From Victivallales bacterium (GTDB lineage Bacteria > Verrucomicrobiota > Lentisphaeria > Victivallales > UBA1829), in NCBI GenBank assembly GCA_045639225.1, contig JAZUCR010000697.1:1-44597 (forward strand): DNA of 44,597 nt, written 5' to 3'. Below the pieces are notes generated by a model. That model had not been told where the DNA came from and did no database searches. It worked only from the letters and a program-made list of their open reading frames with translations. Shown here piece by piece: positions 9,919-16,848 of the stretch (within the stretch, counting starts at the first letter, position 1; every line of letters starts with the position of its first letter). Position numbers and translations under genes: made by a program.

Positions 9919-9965
9919 GGTCCTCCCCTTTCGTTTTTGATAATATACCTCTAATCTTTTACAAT

Positions 9966-9993
9966 GTCAAACGCGGATGACAAAAAATGTCAT
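9966..9993. promoter_or_regulatory. Candidate operator in the divergent WYL / plus-strand operon promoter region
   Basis: TGTCA-AACGCGGA-TGACA-AAAAA-TGTCA: three alternating half-sites. They include the perfect palindrome ATGACAAAAAATGTCAT (9977-9993), in the 120-bp gap between divergent starts at 9918 and 10039. Confidence 0.4.
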
Positions 9994-10038
9994 ACCGTGC
10001 GGGTTATACTATGCACAGAACAACCCGAGAGGAGAAAA

Positions 10039-10479
10039 ATGGAAATCAATTACAAGCATCCCGAGTTCGCCGTCTGGCATTTGGCCGATACGCCGATCCA
10101 AACCATCCCGTATGGGGCGCTGATCAAATGGTTCGACCAGGTGATCCAGTTCGGATTCCACCTCGGCGGCGGCATTATTGCCTGGCGGGATGGTCTGATC
10201 TCGGCGGATAATCTTGATACCGATCCCGGTCTGCCGTGGAAACGGAAGACCTGTGTTTTGGCTCAACAGGGAAAGGCGGTTGTTTTCAGGGAACCGGCCA
10301 TGCGTTCGAATTCCTGTTCCGGACTTTATCACAGCCGGCAGGATTTCATTTCCGGATGTCTCGGCGAGGATCTGGCGGACTGGGGAAACTTTCCCGTCTG
10401 GATTTTCGAACGTTACGGCAAATGTTTTCTGCATCCCGTCACCCATGATGCCGAATATGAAAAATCATGCCATGAGTAA
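10039..10479 (+). CDS. Hypothetical protein (146 aa), first gene of the plus-strand arm
   Basis: ORF with GAGAGGAGAAAA immediately before the ATG at 10039 (MEINYKHPEF...). I recognise no domain. It contains several Cys/His (CSGLYH, CFLHPVTH, SCHE). Confidence 0.6.
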   Translation: MEINYKHPEFAVWHLADTPIQTIPYGALIKWFDQVIQFGFHLGGGIIAWRDGLISADNLDTDPGLPWKRKTCVLAQQGKAVVFREPAMRSNSCSGLYHSRQDFISGCLGEDLADWGNFPVWIFERYGKCFLHPVTHDAEYEKSCHE

Positions 10480-10584
10480 GAATTTATGCAAAAATTCGGA
10501 CGAAAACCTTTTGCTATGACGGAAAATGTCGCACTGCTTCCCTTATATTACCCTGACACCATCAACCCCGCAGGAGGAGAAGCT

Positions 10585-11187
10585 ATGGAAACACTTGACA
10601 CCCGGTTCCGCCATTTTCAACAACACAACAAAGGCGACGGCTCGCTGCAGTCGGTCACTTTCTGGGGCGACAAAACCAAGATTCAGGCCCTCACCAGTTT
10701 CCGGTACGGCCGGCATGAAATTTATAATGAGTATATGCGGATCAACTGCGAGGAAAAGTCTTACCGGGAGAGAGTGGTCGACCGTCCCGAATACAATGCC
10801 TCGGAATACGACCCGACTCAGTGGCGGATCATCTGCAGCTATGAAGAAATCGTCAAGCGGGTCCGGCAGCTGCATCTGGCCGTCGAAGTTTTTGCATCGA
10901 CCGATGCCGATCTCAAGCAGCTGGTAAAGCCCGTTCCGGAATTTTCCATTACCGGATCGATGTGGCAGGAAAAAATGGTCGAGTTCCGGGAAAAGGAACA
11001 GTCCGGGACTGAGGACACCCAAATGGTTTTCTTCAATTCGATCACCTGCTGTAAATCCCTTCTGCCGCTCTATAAATATATTCGGGAAAACGGCGAATTC
11101 GACCGTGAGATCGAAGCTCTCATCTTCGGATTCTACCGGCACGACATGGCACAGTATCAGAAAGACACCGGAAAGGACGGTTTTTGA
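10585..11187 (+). CDS. Hypothetical protein (about 200 aa)
   Basis: The track ORF runs 10486-11187, but only the ATG at 10585 (METLDTRF...) has a strong RBS (CAGGAGGAGAAGCT). No recognisable domain. Confidence 0.6.
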   Translation: METLDTRFRHFQQHNKGDGSLQSVTFWGDKTKIQALTSFRYGRHEIYNEYMRINCEEKSYRERVVDRPEYNASEYDPTQWRIICSYEEIVKRVRQLHLAVEVFASTDADLKQLVKPVPEFSITGSMWQEKMVEFREKEQSGTEDTQMVFFNSITCCKSLLPLYKYIRENGEFDREIEALIFGFYRHDMAQYQKDTGKDGF

Positions 11188-11338
11188 GGTCTATGGAATA
11201 TCCCCTGACGCAAAATGACAGAGGCATGAAATTATATTCCCTTAAAAAAATATGAAAATTTTTTCGTTCCGCACGATAAACAACCAGTCCATGCAGCGTA
11301 TAATAGATGCAGGGCGCAATCGAAAGGAGAAAGGTCAC

Positions 11339-11743
11339 ATGACGGAAAAAGAAAAAAACATCCTCACCCAGGAACTGTGGGCGCTGGTCTCGCTGGGATT
11401 CGACGCCACGAAACATGACTTCGAGATCATGGAAAAAATCATCAAATGCGTCGCGAAGGAAGATTCCGGCGAAATGACCCCTTACAAACGCAAGGTCATC
11501 GAGGAACTTCAGCTGGAGTGGCGTTTCCTGAGATCCCTCCACGAAGATCTCGCCGCAATCGCCGCCCGGCTCGAAAAGAGTGAAATCGTCCCCGCCGTTC
11601 CCGACCTGTCCATCAATGATGAGCTCTGGAAAGTCTGCAAATCCGGTGCCTCGGATGCGCTTTACGAAACCAGCGACAAAATCAGCGATTTTCAGTCCGC
11701 GCTTCAGGACTGCGCTTTTCAGCTTCAGGAGGTGTGCGCATGA
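11339..11743 (+). CDS. Hypothetical helical protein (134 aa)
   Basis: ATG at 11339 preceded by AAAGGAGAAAGGTCAC (MTEKEKNILTQELW...). The stop overlaps the next start (ATGA). No recognisable domain. Confidence 0.6.
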   Translation: MTEKEKNILTQELWALVSLGFDATKHDFEIMEKIIKCVAKEDSGEMTPYKRKVIEELQLEWRFLRSLHEDLAAIAARLEKSEIVPAVPDLSINDELWKVCKSGASDALYETSDKISDFQSALQDCAFQLQEVCA

Positions 11744-11934
11744 GTTCATTTGTTCCTATGCCGACCAGGATCCATCACTGGAAATGTCCGAAATGCGGGA
11801 AGGAAACTACCACCACGGAAAGACCGAATCCTCTGATCCATACGTGTCTGCCGCTGTTTTTCGGGTCCGCCCGGCCGCCGGTCTGTCCCAAATGCAAGGT
11901 CAAAATGGTCAAAATGTCGGTCTGGAGTGTGTGA
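11740..11934 (+). CDS. Small zinc-ribbon protein (64 aa, two CPKC pairs)
   Basis: MSSFVPMPTRIHHWKCPKCGKE...RPPVCPKCKVKM gives a CxxC...CxxC pattern. AGGAGG lies about 8 nt upstream, and there is an ATGA overlap with the preceding gene. Confidence 0.6.
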   Translation: MSSFVPMPTRIHHWKCPKCGKETTTTERPNPLIHTCLPLFFGSARPPVCPKCKVKMVKMSVWSV

Positions 11935-12022
11935 AATGCATATCCTGCTCGGAATTATAGCACTTATACTCGTGAAGTGGTACTTCAGAGATTATTGAGC
12001 AAAAAACTTGAAAGGAAGAAAA

Positions 12023-12547
12023 ATGAGTGATTTTGAAGAATTTGTGGATTGTCTTTCGGATGCGACCAAACAGCTGTTCAGCGACATCGAAGACGCATGG
12101 AATGAACTCAAAGAGGATCTGCGCGAAACCGTAACGGTCAAATATCTGCGCCCCGGCGGCGTGGCATACTGCCGTAAGGACGGGAAAAAGTTTTACGGCA
12201 TCCTCACCGGCACGGAGATCATTTCTCTCAACGGCGAGAATGAACCCGAATATATGGAATTGAAAGATTTCCTGCAGATGCACGATGCGGATACGCTCAA
12301 AGTCGCCGGGAAAAACCGTATCGCCGTCGGTTCCCATGAGGTGGATTTTGCCGCCCGGAACGCCGTCGAAGAGGAACGTTTTCCCTCCACGAAAACTTTC
12401 GTCCTGAAATGCCTCGGCGTGGAAGATACTGCGAAAGTCGATGATGCGCTCGAAAAGAAATTCGGTTCGTTCGAGTGGCTGACTTACGATCTGCCTGAAG
12501 AAACTGCCGAAGACTCGGAAGAAGAACAGGAAGAAGCTGCCGAATGA
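12023..12547 (+). CDS. Degenerate LRAT-like NlpC/P60 paralog lacking both catalytic histidines, with an acidic C-terminal tail
   Basis: PGGVAYCRKDGKKFYGILTGTEIISLNGENEPEYMELKDFL aligns by eye with PGTPVYCNLAVVVEHTGIYIGDDEIVHLSGDGNIEIVSPQDFV of paralog 1 (His to Phe, His to Ser). FGSFEWLTYDL aligns with LGSLTWVKWDY. The tail is PEETAEDSEEEQEEAAE. RBS GAAAGGAAG. ATGA overlap with the kinase gene. Confidence 0.7.
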   Translation: MSDFEEFVDCLSDATKQLFSDIEDAWNELKEDLRETVTVKYLRPGGVAYCRKDGKKFYGILTGTEIISLNGENEPEYMELKDFLQMHDADTLKVAGKNRIAVGSHEVDFAARNAVEEERFPSTKTFVLKCLGVEDTAKVDDALEKKFGSFEWLTYDLPEETAEDSEEEQEEAAE

Positions 12548-13665
12548 ATTTGTTCTGGTCACATCTGTTTTCCTCTTCACCGAAGCGGACAGTCCGGCCG
12601 GCCCCGCGCAGGAAGCCTAAGGCACCGCCCGTCGGCGCCGACTGGCTGGCTCTGGCGAAGGCTCCGCCGGACCGTTCCCGCACGGTATATGATCCGACCG
12701 GTGCGGCTCTGGCGCTGCGGAAATCGGATGTCCTGGCACACGGCGGCGAAGGCGTGGTATATAATTTTGCAAAAAATCCCGCCTTCCTGATCAAAGTCTG
12801 CAAGGACGACACGCTGCGCGACAGCCGCAAACTGGCCGCTTTCCGCGACCGTCTCGATGCGATGCTGGCGCTGGTGGAATGCCGCAACGCCCCATTCCTC
12901 GCCTGGCCGCTGATGCCCGTTTTCGATCAGAATAAAAACGTTATCGGATTTGTGATGCGCAAAACCTCCGGACGAACCCTTCGGGCGCTTTACGCGCCGT
13001 GTCAGGTCAGACGCTTCTTTCCCGGCTGGGACCGGCTGAGCGTGACCCGGGTCGCTTTGAATCTGGTCAACGCCGTCCAGATGCTGGCGCGCCACCGCGT
13101 GCTGGTCAACGATTTCAACCCGGACAACTTCCTCATCGATCCCTTCGGAAATGTCCGCCTGATCGACTGCGACAGTTTTCAGATCCCCGGCGCGGGCGAC
13201 AACCAGAACACGTTCCTCACCCGCACCTTCACCCCGGAATATACCGCTCCCGAACTGCTGTTCCATCCGGAGCTCTTCAACCGGGAACGCACCCCTGAGC
13301 AGGTCCGGTTCAGCCTCGCCGTCGTGGTCTACATGATCCTGATGAGCGGACTCCATCCCTATGCCCAGTGCGGCGGGACCGATCCGGTCGACAACGTCAA
13401 ATCGGGCAAATGCCCGCTGACCCGCCGCGGCGGCGTCCGCCTTCCGGTCGGATGGTTCAAATCCGTCAGCTGGCTCACGCCCGGGTTGAAACACCTTTTC
13501 ATCCGGATGTTTGTCGACGGCCACAGCGATCCGCTGAAACGGCCCATGCTCGGCGAACTCAAATCCGAACTCGAAAATTTTATCATCGTAATGCGTTCAA
13601 GTAAAAACCCCAACCAAAGGGCAATCCTGCCCGACAAAGCAAAAAGAAAGGACAAAACCGCATGA
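12544..13665 (+). CDS. Hanks-type (eukaryote-like) protein kinase, TerY-P triad / YegI-like
   Basis: G-loop HGGEGVVY, Lys in FLIKVCK, catalytic loop VNDFNPDNFLI, metal-binding LIDCDSF (DFG equivalent), and TPEYTAPE (APE). The N-terminus is a basic, Pro-rich region. Confidence 0.85.
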   Translation: MNLFWSHLFSSSPKRTVRPAPRRKPKAPPVGADWLALAKAPPDRSRTVYDPTGAALALRKSDVLAHGGEGVVYNFAKNPAFLIKVCKDDTLRDSRKLAAFRDRLDAMLALVECRNAPFLAWPLMPVFDQNKNVIGFVMRKTSGRTLRALYAPCQVRRFFPGWDRLSVTRVALNLVNAVQMLARHRVLVNDFNPDNFLIDPFGNVRLIDCDSFQIPGAGDNQNTFLTRTFTPEYTAPELLFHPELFNRERTPEQVRFSLAVVVYMILMSGLHPYAQCGGTDPVDNVKSGKCPLTRRGGVRLPVGWFKSVSWLTPGLKHLFIRMFVDGHSDPLKRPMLGELKSELENFIIVMRSSKNPNQRAILPDKAKRKDKTA

Positions 13666-14372
13666 ACGACTACACCGAAGAAACCGCCCTCGACGTCACC
13701 AACCCCGCTCCCCGCTGCCCCGTCATCCTGATGCTGGACACCTCCGGCAGCATGTCCGGCGCGCCGTTACGCGAACTCCAGGAAGGGCTCACCCAGTTCC
13801 TGCGCGAGACCAGCGACGACGAAACCGCCAGCATGAGCGTGGAACTCGAAGTCATCACCTTCGGCGGCAATACCGAAATCGCCGCCCCGTTCGCACCCGT
13901 GAACGTGGTTAACGACAATCCGCCGATTCTCGACGCCAACGGCTCCACTCCGCTGGGCGAAGCCCTCAGACTCGCCGATTCCGAGCTCAAAGCACGCCGC
14001 CGTCTCTACAAGCAGAAAGGCATCTCCAGCTACAAACCGTGGATCATCCTGATGACCGATGGATGTCCCAATGACGACTGGAAAAGCGCCGCCGCGTCCA
14101 TGAAGCAGATGGGCGAAGAAAAACGTCTGCAGTACATCGGCATCGGCATCGGCGATGAGGCCGATTTCGACACTCTGCGCCAAATCCTTCCCGAACATCC
14201 GGGCCCGGTCAAACTCAAAGGTCTGTGCTTCCGTGAATTCTTCAAATGGCTGACCGATTCGCTCAAAAGCGTTTCCGCCAGTTCCGTGGCACAGCAGGAC
14301 GCGGTCGTCCTGGGCAATGTCAACTCCTGGGCCGACCTCGCCGGCACCCCGATGCTGGAGGAAGGTAAATGA
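13662..14372 (+). CDS. von Willebrand factor A domain protein, TerY/YegL-like
   Basis: MIDAS motif LMLDTSGSMSG, GSTPLGEAL, and IILMTDGCPND. About 236 aa, typical of TerY-like vWA proteins. ATGA overlaps on both sides. Confidence 0.9.
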   Translation: MNDYTEETALDVTNPAPRCPVILMLDTSGSMSGAPLRELQEGLTQFLRETSDDETASMSVELEVITFGGNTEIAAPFAPVNVVNDNPPILDANGSTPLGEALRLADSELKARRRLYKQKGISSYKPWIILMTDGCPNDDWKSAAASMKQMGEEKRLQYIGIGIGDEADFDTLRQILPEHPGPVKLKGLCFREFFKWLTDSLKSVSASSVAQQDAVVLGNVNSWADLAGTPMLEEGK

Positions 14373-15139
14373 GCGAGTTCCGGGGATTCGCTGTATCGGT
14401 TCCCGGCAACGGACACATCCGCAGGGAGATCCCCTGTCAGGATGCGTCCGGCGTGTGGCTTGCGCCGCGTCCGTGCCTGATCGTGTGCGACGGACGCGGC
14501 AGCGCCCGCTATTCCCATTTCGGCGCACGGGCGGCGGTGAAAGCCTTCCGCAGCCAATGTGCCGTGATGGATGGTCTGCTTTATTCCATCCTGGACTGCG
14601 AGCGCTGGAACGACCGCCGCTGGCTCCGTTTCTGCAATCTGATGATCCGGACCGTCTGTCAGCAGAAAAAGGAACTCGCCGAACAGTATCAGTGCCCGGA
14701 ATCCGAGTTCGATTTCACGATCGCGTTTGCTGTCTGGGGCAAAGCACGCTGCGGCTTCTTCCAGGTCGGCGACGGCGCCATCGTCATCCGCGAGGGTGAA
14801 GAGAATTGTTATTCGCTCTTTCCGCCGGACAAAGGGGAATACGACAATGAAACACGTTTTCTCCGGCCCGAGGCTGAGATCCGCCGCGATTACCATGCCC
14901 GGCTGATTGCCTCGGACGACATCGACGGCATTGCGATCACGAGTGACGGTCCGGAATTCCTGATGTTCGATCTTGCGGAAATGACACCCGGTCCGATTTT
15001 CAACAAAATGTTCGATGATTGTTCTGCCGGGAATCTGACGAGACAGGACCTGCTGGATTATCTGACCCGGGGCTGCTGGGCGAAAGATCCCCGCGGCAAT
15101 GACGACCGCAGTATCGCCATACTGTCTATGACAGAATAA
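14369..15139 (+). CDS. PP2C-family protein phosphatase (PP2C_2 type, YegK/PphC-like)
   Basis: NGHIRREIPCQDASGV, LIVCDGRGSA, FQVGDGAIVI, and GIAITSDGPEFL: the conserved Asp-containing motifs of bacterial PP2C_2 phosphatases found in TerY-P triads. Confidence 0.85.
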   Translation: MSEFRGFAVSVPGNGHIRREIPCQDASGVWLAPRPCLIVCDGRGSARYSHFGARAAVKAFRSQCAVMDGLLYSILDCERWNDRRWLRFCNLMIRTVCQQKKELAEQYQCPESEFDFTIAFAVWGKARCGFFQVGDGAIVIREGEENCYSLFPPDKGEYDNETRFLRPEAEIRRDYHARLIASDDIDGIAITSDGPEFLMFDLAEMTPGPIFNKMFDDCSAGNLTRQDLLDYLTRGCWAKDPRGNDDRSIAILSMTE

Positions 15140-15232
15140 AATTCCGGATATTTTTGACTATAAAATATTACATACGTTATTTTTATACCTCGCTAACGGC
15201 GGGTAAAACGATCGTCAAGGTCATGAAAAGGC

Positions 15233-15261
15233 TCCGTCATCATTCCGTCAATGATCCGTCA
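15233..15261. repeat. Three direct TCCGTCA heptamers spaced exactly 11 bp apart
   Basis: TCCGTCATCAT TCCGTCAATGA TCCGTCA starts at 15233, 15244 and 15255. A related CGTCA lies 22 bp upstream (15213). The repeats sit in the AT-rich convergent gap between the PP2C gene and dsbD. Confidence 0.5.
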
Positions 15262-15268
15262 CTGGAGA

Positions 15269-16810
15269 TTATTTCCCTTGAACGATCAGATAGGCCGGAA
15301 GGCCGGAAACCTGGAATTTTTTCAGGACGGAACTGATTGCCGGATCGGAGATATCGGTTGCGTCAAATTTGACGAAAATGAAGTTTTTAAGTTCGTCAAT
15401 GACTGACGGATCCTTGAAAGTGGTCTGTTCCATGGCTTTGCAGTTCTTACACCATTCGGCCCGGAAATCCAGCAGGACGGGCTTCTTTTCCCGTGCCGAC
15501 CGGGCCAGAGATTCTTTCAGCAGCGCGATGCTTTCTGCCGGATCTCCCGCTTTCGAACTGCCGATGTCATACGCCAGATAGCCATAATATAAACCAAGAC
15601 CAATAATTATTACACCAAATATATATTTGACATATTTCATCCAGCCTCCGGGCTTCGGCATGACGGAGAAACCTCCAGCCAAAACGGGCCAGGGGAGCGC
15701 CATTCCCAATCCCAGGACAAACGGCAGAAACAATCCGGCCGGTTCGCCGGAATTATACATCTTTCCCGCCTGCAGCAGAGCAGCCACGACCACCGGCGCA
15801 ACACAGGCTCCCGCCAACAATGCGGCAATCACGCCCAACAGAAAGAGACCTGCATATCTGGCACCGGACACGACTGGCAATTTTGCACGGAAACGGGAAA
15901 AATCCAGCATGAAAAGATCGAACATGGACAGTCCCAATCCGACGAAAAGCAGTGCTACCAGCGCATTGAACCACCAGGCGGAATCGATCACACCGAAACT
16001 GCTGCCCGTCATCACAACCACGAGGCCGAGGATGCCGTAAGCCAGCGCAATGCCGGCGCCGTAAATCAGACCGCGCAGCATACAGCTCCAGCGTGAACCG
16101 TCCCTGGCACTGATGACCGCCAGATTGACCGGGATCATCGGCAATACACACGGCGTCAGATTCAAAGCGATGCCGCCGAGGAAAGTCAGCAGCAGGATCA
16201 GCCAGAAACTTTTTCCCGTAAAACTCAGGAAAAATTCCTTCTTATCCCCCTTGAGAAACTGGACAAACTGCGGTACGCCGAGATAACCGGATTCGGTCCG
16301 CAGTATTTCGAAGGCGGGAAAATCTTTCCCTGAATTCCCCGAAGAAGGAGCGGAAACCGGTTCTGCTTCCGGTTCGAAAACCATTGCCGCCGGGGAGGGG
16401 ACTTCCCTGAATTCCCGGATGACCATCTCGCCGGAACCGGGCATGAAACAAACACCGGGTTCCTCTTTCGTCCCTTTGGAGCAGCCCTGCCACTGAACTT
16501 TCAGCACCAGCGGGAATTTCCATCCATCGGAACGGAAAACCCAGGTCAGGATCTTGCCGCCAGGGTAAATTTCCGTTTTGCCGGAAAATTCGTCCTCATT
16601 CGTCACAGTTGACGGAAAAGTGACGGGCTTGACAGAAGCCCCATCAGCCGTCAGTTTGGCGTCAGTTTCTTTCCGGTAGAGATACTCATTTCCCGGCACC
16701 GATGCGGTGATTCGGATCTCGTTTTTACCGAGCGTGTATTTCCATTCCGGAACGGATGCGGAAAGCATTCCCGTCAAACAGAACAGAACCAGCAGGACGT
16801 TTTTTTTCAT
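15269..16810 (-). CDS. dsbD: Thiol:disulfide interchange protein DsbD-like (CcdA-type membrane domain plus C-terminal thioredoxin)
   Basis: Signal peptide. Multi-pass core with LNLTPCVLPMIP and a second Cys helix (LLAGACVAP). C-terminal thioredoxin fold with WCKNCK. Confidence 0.8.
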   Translation of the reverse strand: MKKNVLLVLFCLTGMLSASVPEWKYTLGKNEIRITASVPGNEYLYRKETDAKLTADGASVKPVTFPSTVTNEDEFSGKTEIYPGGKILTWVFRSDGWKFPLVLKVQWQGCSKGTKEEPGVCFMPGSGEMVIREFREVPSPAAMVFEPEAEPVSAPSSGNSGKDFPAFEILRTESGYLGVPQFVQFLKGDKKEFFLSFTGKSFWLILLLTFLGGIALNLTPCVLPMIPVNLAVISARDGSRWSCMLRGLIYGAGIALAYGILGLVVVMTGSSFGVIDSAWWFNALVALLFVGLGLSMFDLFMLDFSRFRAKLPVVSGARYAGLFLLGVIAALLAGACVAPVVVAALLQAGKMYNSGEPAGLFLPFVLGLGMALPWPVLAGGFSVMPKPGGWMKYVKYIFGVIIIGLGLYYGYLAYDIGSSKAGDPAESIALLKESLARSAREKKPVLLDFRAEWCKNCKAMEQTTFKDPSVIDELKNFIFVKFDATDISDPAISSVLKKFQVSGLPAYLIVQGK

Positions 16811-16848
16811 AAATTACCCCCTTTTTTATGAATGAAATCCGTCAGATT

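Noticed and set aside
15154-15336. 60-aa ORF in the PP2C/dsbD gap preceded by a TTGACT-like hexamer
   Set aside because: It has no RBS, it runs into the 3' end of dsbD in antisense, and its composition is unremarkable. It is more likely non-coding.
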